Below are positions 7,831 to 18,197 of a stretch of 63,200 nt of DNA, piece after piece. The translations under genes and the position numbers were made by a program. The DNA is from Bacteroidales bacterium (GTDB lineage: Bacteria; Bacteroidota; Bacteroidia; Bacteroidales; VadinHA17). Positions within the stretch are counted from its first letter, which is position 1. Every line of letters begins with the position of its first letter. The stretch spans positions 1-63,200 of the forward strand of contig SLNP01000009.1 in NCBI GenBank assembly GCA_007132995.1, given 5' to 3'. The notes below the pieces were generated by a model. It was not told where the DNA came from and did not search any database. It was given only the letters and a program-made list of their open reading frames with translations.

Positions 7831-10728
7831 TTACCCCTTTTCTGCTGCCGATCCGAAATATTTAAGAACCACGCGGTTAATATGTTCCGGCCTTGCCGGC
7901 TTGGTTATAAACTCAGCTATACCCGAGAGTTCACACTTCTTTCTGCTCTCGGGGAGGTTATCGGCCGTAAGAGCCGCGATCACAACCTCACCCTTCATGG
8001 TCAATATCTGGCGGGATGCCTCATAGCCATCTATACCGGGCAGCATCAGATCCATAAAGATCAGGTCGTAGTCGCTCTTCCTGACCATATCGATCGCCTC
8101 CTCTCCGCTTGCCACTGCATCATGCCTGTACCCCAGCGACTCAATTATCGAACCTATTACAATGCGGTTCAGTTTATTGTCTTCCACCAGCAGCATCTTC
8201 AGGTCGCCCGATGATGGACCGGGAGTCTCCTTCTCCCTCCCCTCAATATGAGGAAAGAGATCTGTTACCGCATCTGCTATCTCCTTGCTGTCGAATGGCT
8301 TTACTATAAAGGCGTCAACCCCCATGGTCAAAGATTTAAGATAGCTCCCCTTCTGTTCAGTGCCGCTTACCATTATGATGGCATACTCTGTATGGAGCGA
8401 CTCTGCCACCAGTGCATCGCCCACCTCAAATCCATTAATATCACTGCCATCTGTTATCACCAGCAGGTTGTACCTCCGGTCAGAGCGGCTGTAGTCTGCC
8501 TTTATCTGATTAATTGTCGCCTTGGTATACCCCGTTACAGAGGGCTTGACGCCCGCCTTATGAAGAGCCTTTATCACATCATCATCGCGATCGTTTACAG
8601 AGGTAACAACCAGGCCCCTTATATCCCCTATGCTCTTAACCGACTCAGAATCATAACTCTTCTCTATTCTCTCGTTCGAATAGACCTTAAAGGTGAACTC
8701 AATTTTCACTCCCGGCATATCGGCATTAGCGGAGAGTCCCGAGGGTGAAGTTGCAGTAAGTGAGCCACCCATAAGCTCTATCAGGTGTCTGGCAAGTATG
8801 GTGCTCAGTATAGAACCATCTTTTTTACCCCCCGAAAGGCCCTGCTCCTGTATCAGATCGCCGAATACCGCCTTCAGCCGGGCAGGAGGGTACCCCTTCC
8901 CGTTATCTCTGATGGTAACACCAATGGTGAGCTCTCCCTCATGCGTCGACACCTTACGACACATAAGCTCTATTACCCCGTCACCAACTATACCCTGCAT
9001 TGAGAACTGTATCAGATTGGTAAACACCTGCCTTAACCTGAAGGGGTCGCCCACAACGCTTTCCGGCACATCGTCGGCCACATCTACATCTATTTTTATG
9101 TTGCGCCCCTCAATGTTGCTCTGTGCCAGATCGAAGCAGTACCCCAGCTCCGCCCGGAGGTTGAAGGGCACCTCATCGAGAATGATTCTGCCTGACTCTA
9201 TCTGCGAGAAATCGAGAATATCGCTGACTATGGCAAGCAGCACCTCGCTCGACCGCCTGAGAATAGAGACCATCTCTGCAAGCTCACTGCTCATTTGATG
9301 CCTTCCAAGCATATCGGCTATGCCAATAATGCCATTAAGAGGGGTTCTTATCTCATAGCTCATACGGGCCAGGAATTCAGACTTGGCGATATTGGCCTTA
9401 GCCTCCTCTTTCCTGGCCGATTCAAGCATTGTAACATCGATAAGTATCTCCATGGTAACATCTTCACCGGCATAGGTTACCGGAATACTGCTGCGGAAGA
9501 GTACAATTTCACCCTGATCACCCATTATTACCACAAACTGGTCCGGCGTAAAAGTGCCCCCCAGATATTTCGAGAAGTAACCTGTCTGATCTGTGGTATG
9601 CGACTCCGGATAGATCTTGCCTATCATATCGCTCTCGTCAGCATATGAGTAGAGCTGCGAGGCAATTTTATTAGCCTTGAGAACCTCTCTCTCACAATTA
9701 TATATTATAACACCAACGGGCATATCTGCTATTATGCGGTCAAGCATCTCTTCCGATTCACGGGCATCGATCATCCTCTTGCGCTGCTCTTTAAACGCCC
9801 CTGTGAAAACCGCTATTATTACACCTATCAGAAGCAGGGTTATACCCACTATTACCAGAGAGTTCCTGACAACATAGATCTGAAAAAACTCGATGGGGGC
9901 AGAGAAGACAACTCCATAATCCATGCCTGCAAGAAGACTGACAGGAAAATAGGATGATACTATCGAGAAAGAGCTCCCGCCTGCTTCGGCCCGGTGGGTA
10001 AAATTACCGGTAGAGCCATCTCTTACAGCTTCGGTAATATGGTCAATGTTCCTGTACTCTGTTATTCCCTCAGGGTGGCCTGTATAGTTGTCCTGAATAA
10101 TATTGCCCTCTTCATCTATAAGCCACTGCCACTGATACTCGGCACTGCTGAAGCGATCGAACAGAGCGGAAAAGAACCTTCTGTGGTCGACTGTAATTCT
10201 GAAATTGGCAACAACATTGCCTTCAGAATCAATTATGGGATGATAGTATATATACCTGCTACCATCGGGCACCACCGCCTCATGGTTGAATATCTCCATC
10301 TGATCGTGGGTTCTGAAGAGGTCGGTAAGCCAGTACTCATCATCATCATATATAAAACCGCCCCTCGGGGCATCTCTTGTCTCATCTACAGAGAGGGTAA
10401 ACATATGGCGATCGTCGCTTATGATGGCCAGTCGCACTATAAAATCCTGATATTTGGTGTAGTAAAGCTTGATCCTGTGCATGGCGTCGTCCCGCACACT
10501 GCTATCGATAAAAAAGTTGGATATAGAGTGGGTAAGCCCTATCCTGGTAAGATCGCTCGAGAAGAAGAGGCTGAATTCATCGACCTCCCGTCCGGTCTCC
10601 CTCACCTGCCGGTCAAGCTGTGTTGTAATAAACTCGATCTGCTTCCTGTGAAAACCACTGTAGTACCAGTAGTTAATCGCTATTATGGCTACAACGGCGA
10701 TCGCTGTAATTATCAACGCTCTTCTCAT
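7831..10728 (-). CDS. Hybrid sensor kinase/response regulator with a degenerate kinase core
   Basis: TM-periplasmic-TM, PAS-like region, HisKA-like FLARMSYEIRTPLNG, HATPase-like region, two receiver domains; start moved to ATG 10728. Confidence 0.85.
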   Translation of the reverse strand: MRRALIITAIAVVAIIAINYWYYSGFHRKQIEFITTQLDRQVRETGREVDEFSLFFSSDLTRIGLTHSISNFFIDSSVRDDAMHRIKLYYTKYQDFIVRLAIISDDRHMFTLSVDETRDAPRGGFIYDDDEYWLTDLFRTHDQMEIFNHEAVVPDGSRYIYYHPIIDSEGNVVANFRITVDHRRFFSALFDRFSSAEYQWQWLIDEEGNIIQDNYTGHPEGITEYRNIDHITEAVRDGSTGNFTHRAEAGGSSFSIVSSYFPVSLLAGMDYGVVFSAPIEFFQIYVVRNSLVIVGITLLLIGVIIAVFTGAFKEQRKRMIDARESEEMLDRIIADMPVGVIIYNCEREVLKANKIASQLYSYADESDMIGKIYPESHTTDQTGYFSKYLGGTFTPDQFVVIMGDQGEIVLFRSSIPVTYAGEDVTMEILIDVTMLESARKEEAKANIAKSEFLARMSYEIRTPLNGIIGIADMLGRHQMSSELAEMVSILRRSSEVLLAIVSDILDFSQIESGRIILDEVPFNLRAELGYCFDLAQSNIEGRNIKIDVDVADDVPESVVGDPFRLRQVFTNLIQFSMQGIVGDGVIELMCRKVSTHEGELTIGVTIRDNGKGYPPARLKAVFGDLIQEQGLSGGKKDGSILSTILARHLIELMGGSLTATSPSGLSANADMPGVKIEFTFKVYSNERIEKSYDSESVKSIGDIRGLVVTSVNDRDDDVIKALHKAGVKPSVTGYTKATINQIKADYSRSDRRYNLLVITDGSDINGFEVGDALVAESLHTEYAIIMVSGTEQKGSYLKSLTMGVDAFIVKPFDSKEIADAVTDLFPHIEGREKETPGPSSGDLKMLLVEDNKLNRIVIGSIIESLGYRHDAVASGEEAIDMVRKSDYDLIFMDLMLPGIDGYEASRQILTMKGEVVIAALTADNLPESRKKCELSGIAEFITKPARPEHINRVVLKYFGSAAEKG

Positions 10729-10795
10729 ACAGGTTAATGCTTTATGCGGGTAAAAGTAGTCAGAATAATGTAGACTCAAAAACAAGCCCGGCGCT

Positions 10796-11722
10796 CTACC
10801 TGTACTTGGAGCCACTGTCTTCCAAGAGGCTGAGGTAGCTGCGATACCGTGTCGCAGCAAGCTCACCGCTCAAAAGAGCAGCCGTTACAGCACATCCCGG
10901 TTCGTCGCGGTGCAGGCAGTTGTGAAATCTGCACCCTGAGGCAAGCCTGAATATCTCCGGAAAAAAGTGGTAAATCTCACCCCGCTCCAGATCTATCACG
11001 CCAAAGCCCCTCAAACCGGGAGTATCGATTATGGCTCCACCGGAAGGCATCATATACATCTCCGGGAAAGTGGTGGTGTGTCGTCCCTGCTTATGGTACC
11101 GCGATAACTCAGCTGTTTTGATATTAAGAGATCTGTCAAGCCGGTTAATCAGTGATGATTTACCCACACCACTGTTGCCGGCTATTAGTGCTATTCCCTC
11201 TTTTACCAGCTGCTGCACCCGCTCCATATTGCTCCCCTCCTTTACCGATAACGCTATTGTACTGTATCCGGCATGCCGGTAGAGGCTCTCCATCTCAGCA
11301 AGTCTCTCAAGATCCCGGGCGCTGTATATGTCGGTCTTGTTGAAAATGATGGTTGCAGGAATGCTGTAGGCCTCTGCCGTTACAAGGAACCTGTCCAGAA
11401 ACTCAACCGGTGTTGCCGGCATAACCAGTGTGGCCATAACCACAGCATTGTCTATGTTGGCGGCTATTATCTGGGCCTCACGGCTCAGGTTTGAGGCGCG
11501 ACGGATGATATAGTTTCTCCGCTCTTCAACATCGACTATTATTCCCGGTGATGATGCTGTGGGGGGCGTGTAGGTTACATTGTCACCCACCGCCAGAGGG
11601 TTGGTAGTCTTTATATCCCTGACCCTGAACCGCCCGCCGATTATACACTCAACTTTATCGCCGTGCAATGAGAGAACCCTGTAGCTCTTCCCTGTCGATT
11701 TTATTATTACTCCCTTCTCCAA
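10796..11722 (-). CDS. rsgA: Ribosome small subunit-dependent GTPase A
   Basis: NKTD, GNSGVGKSS, GRHTTT, DTPG and C-terminal CRFHNCLHRDEPGC zinc finger. Confidence 0.97.
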   Translation of the reverse strand: MEKGVIIKSTGKSYRVLSLHGDKVECIIGGRFRVRDIKTTNPLAVGDNVTYTPPTASSPGIIVDVEERRNYIIRRASNLSREAQIIAANIDNAVVMATLVMPATPVEFLDRFLVTAEAYSIPATIIFNKTDIYSARDLERLAEMESLYRHAGYSTIALSVKEGSNMERVQQLVKEGIALIAGNSGVGKSSLINRLDRSLNIKTAELSRYHKQGRHTTTFPEMYMMPSGGAIIDTPGLRGFGVIDLERGEIYHFFPEIFRLASGCRFHNCLHRDEPGCAVTAALLSGELAATRYRSYLSLLEDSGSKYR

Positions 11723-11793
11723 AAGAAGATATCATTAATAGGGCAAATGTAACAAAAAACGGTAACCACCTCGCCGGGGAACAGATATCTCCA

Positions 11794-13470
11794 CTACCGG
11801 TTAAATAGTTCCGGCCGTCTGTCATTATGATCGCTCAAACGCTGAAATGCAGCGGCTACTGCCAGCGCGGAGGCCTCATCATAGAGATTGCTCAAAAATG
11901 AGATGCTGGCCGGAGTTCCTCCGTCACGAAATCCTGAAGGAACAACGACGCAGGGATGACCGGTAAGGTTTGTTACCAGTAGCTGGGCACCGCCGAAGCT
12001 GGGTGTAACAACCACATCGTAATCTTTCATTATCTCATCCATTCTGTGCATAAGCAGGGTTCTGAACCTGTTGGCCTGAATATACTCTACCGCAGGAATA
12101 AATCGTGATGCCCGGAAAATATTTGGCCAGTCGCCCCTGTTCTGGCCGGTCAGCAGGGTGTCACGCCTACTTCTTGTAAGCTCATCAAAGGCGGCGGCAG
12201 CTTCGGCATTCAGTATAATTCTGAGAGAGTTAACAGGTATTCCGCTGAAATCAAAGTCGACCGGTTCAGGATCTGCCCCCGCCTCGCGCAATATGTCGAG
12301 TACCGCCATATCGAGAGGGCGTGTCTCGTACCGGTTTCCGAAGTAGCTTGCCACATAGCCAATTCTCATACCACCTATATCTGCACCTGTACGGCTGAAG
12401 TAGGGGTAGTCATTAACAGAGAGGTCTTTACCGTCGCTTCCCCTTATATACTCCAGAACTATTGCACAATCTTCTGCCGATCTGGCCATTGGTCCGACCT
12501 TATCCATCGTCCAGCTCAGAGCCATGGCGCCATACCTGCTAACCCTTCCAAATGTGGGTCTTAGCCCCGATACACCACAGCGGGTTGAGGGAGAAACTAT
12601 AGAGCCCAGTGTCTCCGTTCCTATGGCAAAGCCAACCAGTCCGGCCGCCGTTGCCGCTGCTGAGCCGGCAGATGAGCCGCTGCTGCCCTGAGAGAGATTC
12701 CACGGATTGCGGGTGCGCCCGCCATACCAGAGATCGCCCATAGCAAGTGAGCCGAGGGTGAGCTTGGCAACAAGAACGGCTCCGGCCTCTTCCAGCCTCG
12801 CCACCACGGTGGCGGTAGCATCAATAACCTGATCGCTGTAGGGAGCAGCACCCCATGTGGTCGGATAACCGGGTGTCGCAAAAAGATCTTTCAGGCCATA
12901 GGGTATACCATGAAGCGGCCCACGGTATATACCTTCTGCCAGCTCTCTGTCGGCCCTTTCGGCCTGCATAAGAGCCAGATCTTCGGTAATTACCGCCACA
13001 CATCTGAGAGTATCGTCATATCTTCTGAGGCGCTCAAGGTATATATTGGTAAGCTCTACAGAGGTGATCTTTCTGTCACGGATAAGAGCTGCAAGTTCGG
13101 TCACCTTCATAAAGGCGATATCCACATTACTTTCCGGGCGCTCTATATTGTCAGGTATCAGCCATGAGGAGTGGTTGAACAGAGGCTCACGCACACCGTT
13201 CACCACCGGGTTGAAGAGCGTTGCCGGAGCAACAGAATTATCGAGGTCGAAACGCCTCATCTGTTCGTAAGAGCGGAGGTTGCCTGTCAGATTACCCGTC
13301 ATCATGGCAACAGAGGCTGAGTCAAAGCGGAGGCCTGCCAGGTTGCTGGCTTCTGTAATAAGAAGGGTGTCGAACTTATAGTCATCGACCTCCTGTCTGG
13401 CAACATCATTACTTCCGCAAGAGCAGCATATAAGCAGGGCTGCAGAGAGCAAAAAAAATAGCGATCGCAT
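11794..13470 (-). CDS. Amidase-signature family lipoprotein
   Basis: GPLHGIPYGLKD, GSSGSSAGS, GTETLGSI; N-terminal lipobox-like CCSC. Confidence 0.9.
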   Translation of the reverse strand: MRSLFFLLSAALLICCSCGSNDVARQEVDDYKFDTLLITEASNLAGLRFDSASVAMMTGNLTGNLRSYEQMRRFDLDNSVAPATLFNPVVNGVREPLFNHSSWLIPDNIERPESNVDIAFMKVTELAALIRDRKITSVELTNIYLERLRRYDDTLRCVAVITEDLALMQAERADRELAEGIYRGPLHGIPYGLKDLFATPGYPTTWGAAPYSDQVIDATATVVARLEEAGAVLVAKLTLGSLAMGDLWYGGRTRNPWNLSQGSSGSSAGSAAATAAGLVGFAIGTETLGSIVSPSTRCGVSGLRPTFGRVSRYGAMALSWTMDKVGPMARSAEDCAIVLEYIRGSDGKDLSVNDYPYFSRTGADIGGMRIGYVASYFGNRYETRPLDMAVLDILREAGADPEPVDFDFSGIPVNSLRIILNAEAAAAFDELTRSRRDTLLTGQNRGDWPNIFRASRFIPAVEYIQANRFRTLLMHRMDEIMKDYDVVVTPSFGGAQLLVTNLTGHPCVVVPSGFRDGGTPASISFLSNLYDEASALAVAAAFQRLSDHNDRRPELFNR

Positions 13471-13750
13471 AAAATCAAGTTTAGTAAGCTATACCGGGAA
13501 ACCCAATAGCCACCCGGGCTGACCGGGAAGGAGCCTCCTCTCAATATCAGAGATAAAAATAGTCTAAATAAATTTATGGTCAATTACTTTCTGTGGCAGT
13601 GGTATTAATATTTCACAAAAACCAACTCTTCACCTATCCGGCAACAGCAGAGGGCGATGCGCCGCTTATTTCGGATATGAGCGGGGACAGGCAGGGCGGT
13701 GAGGCCACATAATTAATAAATGTTTACCTTTGCCAGCCTGAGAGGGAGAT

Positions 13751-14227
13751 ATGAATAGTGAAGCGAGAGTAGAGAGGGCCTTGAAATCATTCCGCGGGGG
13801 CTACGGATGCGCCCAGTCTGTTATGCTGGCCTACAGCGATATATATAGCGAAGAGCTTACGGCGCTGCTGAAGATATCATCAGGCTTTGGTGGTGGTATG
13901 GGCAGGCTGCAATCATACTGCGGGGCGCTTACCGCAATATTTATGATAGCCGGAATGGAGGAGGGCTCTGTCGAGCCGGGAGACGACAGTAAAGATATTC
14001 TGGCCTCTGTCATACAGGAGGCCACACTACTTTTCGAAGAGATGAACGGCTCATCTGACTGTTACCAACTGATAGATCTCGATCTTAATAATGCAGATGA
14101 GCGCCAGCTTCATAAAGAGGGAGGTATCCGTCAAAAGGTTTGCGAAAAGTGCGTTGAGAGCGCCGTGCAGATTGTTGATATCATATCTCTTCACAAAAAA
14201 GAGATCGCCAATGGAGAGAAGCAGTAG
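13751..14227 (+). CDS. C_GCAxxG_C_C family putative redox protein
   Basis: GCAQSV, GFGGGMG...CGAL, later C and CxxC; TACCTTTG upstream. Confidence 0.85.
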   Translation: MNSEARVERALKSFRGGYGCAQSVMLAYSDIYSEELTALLKISSGFGGGMGRLQSYCGALTAIFMIAGMEEGSVEPGDDSKDILASVIQEATLLFEEMNGSSDCYQLIDLDLNNADERQLHKEGGIRQKVCEKCVESAVQIVDIISLHKKEIANGEKQ

Positions 14228-15173
14228 CGATAAGAGTGGCTCCGGCATGGTTGTTACAGTAACCGGAAGCAGCGGACTTGTGGGCAGAAGGCTCACAGAA
14301 TTACTCAGAGAGAGAGGGCACACCGTAAGGCACCTGACACGCAACAGGCGGAGAGCGGCCTCGAGCCGGGAGACATTTCACTGGGATCCGGCACGCGACC
14401 AGATAGACGCCGGGTCGCTGCAGGGAGCCGATGCCATCATACATCTTGCCGGCGAGAACATTGCCCGCAGAAGGTGGAGCAGAAGGGTGAAGAAGAGAAT
14501 CGCAGCCAGCAGGGCAGGCAGTACCAGACTGCTTTACGACACAGTGATGAAGAGCTCCTCGCGGGTAAACCACTTCATCACGGCCTCGGCAACAGGCATA
14601 TATGGTAGCCAGATTACTTCCAACATCTATGATGAGGCTGATATTTCGGAAGATGAGGGTGACTTTCTGGCCATCACATGCAAATTGTGGGAAGAGAGTG
14701 CCGATCTGTTCAGAAGCTCCGGCATACGGTCTGTAAAGATACGAAGCGGCATAGTCGTAGCCCCGCGGAGCGGATTTACCGGCAAAATCGCACCGGTTGC
14801 CAGATTGGGTTTTGTACCTGTTATGGGGAGCGGTGAGAACTACCTCTCATGGATACATATTGACGATATCTGTAACATCTACCTCAAGGCGCTTGAAGAT
14901 GAGGAGATGAGCGGGCCCTACAATGCGGTATTCCACGAGCATACAACCCAGAAACAGTTTATGGAGTGCTACGCCGCACTGCTGGGAAGTCAGGTCAATA
15001 CCATACATATACCCGAAAGGCTTATCCGCCTGGTTCTGGGAGAGATGTCTACTGCAGTACTGGGAGGCAGCAGGATATCGGCAGAGAAATTAAAGTCTGC
15101 CGGATATCAATACCTCTACCCCACTATGGCCGATGCCCTAACCGACATTATAAACCGCCGGTCCGGCAAATAG
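14211..15173 (+). CDS. TIGR01777-type NAD-dependent epimerase/oxidoreductase
   Basis: TGSSGLVG, IIHLAGENIA, SASATG-like motif, SWIHIDD, GPYNAV; start ATG 14211 or 14247. Confidence 0.9.
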   Translation: MERSSSDKSGSGMVVTVTGSSGLVGRRLTELLRERGHTVRHLTRNRRRAASSRETFHWDPARDQIDAGSLQGADAIIHLAGENIARRRWSRRVKKRIAASRAGSTRLLYDTVMKSSSRVNHFITASATGIYGSQITSNIYDEADISEDEGDFLAITCKLWEESADLFRSSGIRSVKIRSGIVVAPRSGFTGKIAPVARLGFVPVMGSGENYLSWIHIDDICNIYLKALEDEEMSGPYNAVFHEHTTQKQFMECYAALLGSQVNTIHIPERLIRLVLGEMSTAVLGGSRISAEKLKSAGYQYLYPTMADALTDIINRRSGK

Positions 15174-15208
15174 TCAAGCTGGCTGCCACCCACCCGGAGT
15201 ATCACATA

Positions 15209-16543
15209 TTAGCTTCCTCCTATCTGCAGCTCTGCGACCCTGAATGTTGGGGCGGCAAAAGATCTGTTCATGTCAATGTCATTGCCCATCATATCTATGC
15301 CATTGAGAATTGCATCGGCACTGCCTGCTATTGTGAGGCCCATAACAGGATGGACTATATTCCCATTTTCAATCCAGAAGCCTGATGCTCCGGCACTGTA
15401 GTTACCGCTTACCGTATCAATGCCCTGTCCGGTAGCTCCGGTCAGAAGAAGCCCCCTCTCTGTTGCAGCTATTATCTCATTACGCGAGTAGCTTCCAGGC
15501 TCAACCCACACATTGTGCGTGCCTATGCCGGGCAGCGATGTAAACCCTCCCCTGCTGGCATTTCCGGTGCTTTCGGTTCCTGCCCTTTTCGCTGCAGAGC
15601 TGTTGTAGATAAAGCTTTTTACCACACCATTTTCGACAAGGGTATTTCTTCCGGTAGGAAACCCCTCGCCATCGAAAGGCCTGCTTGACAAACCCTTGGC
15701 CACGGTTCCATCATCATGTATGGTTAAATTGGCTGAAGCGAACTTCTCCCCCATAGAGTCTCCCAGAAAGCTGGCGCCCTGCAAAACAGTCTGTCCGTTA
15801 AGGGCTCTTATAACCCCTCCGAGAAGCGATGATGCCACCCTCGGATCAAAGATAACGCTGGCCCGCTGGGTTCTAACCATAACCGGATCTATAAGCTCAT
15901 ACGCCCTTCTCGAAGCGGTTGCCGCAATCTCGTCAACAGGCAGCAGATCTGCAAAAAAACGGCGTGAACATGACTCGCCACCGGTATTTCTCTGCTGACC
16001 TTTTTCAGATACAACACTTACACTCAAAGAGCATGATGATCTTTTAAAAGACTTTGAAATACCATGAGAGTTGGCTATGAAAATCTCGCCCTCACCCTCT
16101 CCAAAGCCGGCTCCTGAGCTCATAGATACTCTTGGATGACGAAGGGCGATAGCCTCAAGCTCCTTTGCCATCTCAATCCTCCTTTCCATTGGCACCTCCG
16201 TGATCTCCGGATCGTAGAGACCCTCTACCTCTGTGATGCCGGGATCTGAAGGAAGAACATTATGCTCCTCGGGGGTTGTCAGTTTGGCAAATGCTATAGC
16301 CCGCTTTATTGTTTCATCGAGCGATCGTCTGTTAAAGTCATTGGAGTGACTGAAGCCGAGTTTCCCGTCAACTATAACCCGGAATCCCACCCCTGAGCTG
16401 GAAGACTCCTGTATGGTATCTATCTCCGAATTAAGAATCCTGATTGAAAGGGTCCTGCCTGTCTGTATATAAACTTCGGCAGCATCTGCTCCAAATCTCT
16501 GACATCTGGTAACAAGTGTCTCGGATAATCTTTTGTAGTTCAT
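15209..16543 (-). CDS. pmbA: TldE/PmbA family protein
   Basis: PFDGEG, STGNASRG, SGNYSAGASGFWIENG; no HExxxH; adjacent to tldD. Confidence 0.9.
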   Translation of the reverse strand: MNYKRLSETLVTRCQRFGADAAEVYIQTGRTLSIRILNSEIDTIQESSSSGVGFRVIVDGKLGFSHSNDFNRRSLDETIKRAIAFAKLTTPEEHNVLPSDPGITEVEGLYDPEITEVPMERRIEMAKELEAIALRHPRVSMSSGAGFGEGEGEIFIANSHGISKSFKRSSCSLSVSVVSEKGQQRNTGGESCSRRFFADLLPVDEIAATASRRAYELIDPVMVRTQRASVIFDPRVASSLLGGVIRALNGQTVLQGASFLGDSMGEKFASANLTIHDDGTVAKGLSSRPFDGEGFPTGRNTLVENGVVKSFIYNSSAAKRAGTESTGNASRGGFTSLPGIGTHNVWVEPGSYSRNEIIAATERGLLLTGATGQGIDTVSGNYSAGASGFWIENGNIVHPVMGLTIAGSADAILNGIDMMGNDIDMNRSFAAPTFRVAELQIGGS

Positions 16544-16648
16544 ATCTCTCTCTTTTTCTGTTAAAACATAACACCGGTTACGCTCCCATCACCCACAATC
16601 TTCTCTGGCAGGAGATGACCGTAGAGAAGAGGTACACCGGCATCAGAC

Positions 16649-18172
16649 TCAGCCACGGCTGCCTCCGACATTAATTCCCCGTATTCTCACTGTGGGCTGA
16701 CCCACTGTTACCTCGGCGCTCTGCCCGCCTTTTCCACATACACCGGGTCCGAAATCGAGGTCATCACCTACCGCATCAACATTTGAGATCACCTCCAGGC
16801 ATGACCCGATAAGGGTGGCACCCCTTACCGGCACAGTTTTCCTGCCATTCTCTATCAGATAGGCCTCACGGCAGGTGAAATTGAATACACCGGTTACTGA
16901 GTTAACGCTTCCTCCGCTGAGGCTCTGAACATAGAGTCCACTTCGGGTAGAGGAGAGGATATCTTCCGGTTTACTCTCTCCTTTATCAATGTATGTATTG
17001 GTCATACGCGGTATGGGAATATTCCTGAACGACTCTCTTCTACCGTTTCCGGTACGATCCATATCCAGCTGTTTGGCTGAGAGCACATCTGTCATATACC
17101 CTTTCAGTACACCTTTGTCAATAAGAACATTTTTGCGGGCCTGTACACCTTCATCATCCCAGTTGATAGTGCCCCGATAGTTTGGTATTGTACCATCATC
17201 TACCATGGTGAATACATCGCTGGCCACCTTCTCACCGACCTTGCCTGTAAAAGCCCCTATACCTTTGGCAATATTGTCAGCCTCAAGGGGGTGTCCTACT
17301 GCCTCATGTACAAGCACTCCTCCCCAGCCATTCTCCATTACCACATCCATAATACCAGCGGGGGCATCCTCGGCCTTGAGCATATCTATGGCCTCGCGGG
17401 CCGCTTTTCTTGCAACCTCCTCCGGGGGTGTTGTGTCGAATATCTCAAACCCCGAGTGCTGACTTATCCGTTGCCTGGCCATATGGCGCGCACCGCCCTC
17501 CTGTCCCATCGCCTGGACTATAAAGAAGAGTAGCGGGAGTTCGTCGCGGAGATATACCCCCTCGCTTGTGGCAATAACCCTGCTTCTAACCTGGTCGTAG
17601 TAGTCAATCATCGCCATCCTTATGCGATCGTCATAGTCAAGGGCGGCCTGGTTAGCCCTCTCTATAACCTCTATCCGCTTGCTGTCAGCTATCTCTTCAA
17701 GAGGTCTCTGTACTGTCACGAATGTGTCGCGGTCGGGGGTTTCAAGAGCTACTGCTCCGGCCGAGATGCCGTTGGTGGCCACATAAGAGGCGACCTCAGC
17801 GGCACGCATCAGATTTTCGGTAGTAACCTCATCTGTGTAGGCATATCCTGTCTGGTTGCCGGCAATAACACGCACCCCGGCCCCCTGGCTAACACCGTAA
17901 AGACCGCTTCTGAAGCGCGACTCCTGCATCACTATCTGCCGGGAGTTGCGACCCTCGATATATACATCTGCATAATCACCACCCTTCTCCAGAGCCTTCG
18001 CGATCACCCTCGAGAGCGTCTCCCGGTCAAGATCAAGGCCGGGAGCGACACCGGTACCGCATGAGACAAGCTGAGACATTATGGCAGGTGTTGCCGCCAT
18101 TATCAAACCTCCTTTAGCGCTCATCTCCAAAAACTTGCGTCTTGGAATGTCCCTTACACTGAATTTTTCCAT
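16649..18172 (-). CDS. tldD: TldD metalloprotease with Tat/lipoprotein signal
   Basis: HEAVGHPLEAD, DDEG, TGNGRRES, PRMTNT, GVCGK; N-terminal PRRKFL and LVSC. Confidence 0.92.
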   Translation of the reverse strand: MEKFSVRDIPRRKFLEMSAKGGLIMAATPAIMSQLVSCGTGVAPGLDLDRETLSRVIAKALEKGGDYADVYIEGRNSRQIVMQESRFRSGLYGVSQGAGVRVIAGNQTGYAYTDEVTTENLMRAAEVASYVATNGISAGAVALETPDRDTFVTVQRPLEEIADSKRIEVIERANQAALDYDDRIRMAMIDYYDQVRSRVIATSEGVYLRDELPLLFFIVQAMGQEGGARHMARQRISQHSGFEIFDTTPPEEVARKAAREAIDMLKAEDAPAGIMDVVMENGWGGVLVHEAVGHPLEADNIAKGIGAFTGKVGEKVASDVFTMVDDGTIPNYRGTINWDDEGVQARKNVLIDKGVLKGYMTDVLSAKQLDMDRTGNGRRESFRNIPIPRMTNTYIDKGESKPEDILSSTRSGLYVQSLSGGSVNSVTGVFNFTCREAYLIENGRKTVPVRGATLIGSCLEVISNVDAVGDDLDFGPGVCGKGGQSAEVTVGQPTVRIRGINVGGSRG

Positions 18173-18197
18173 AGTACAATTACATTTTTACTATCAA

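Noticed and set aside
13490-13745. Possible riboswitch or ncRNA in the amidase / C_GCAxxG divergent gap
   Set aside because: Only short hairpins; I recognised no known aptamer consensus.
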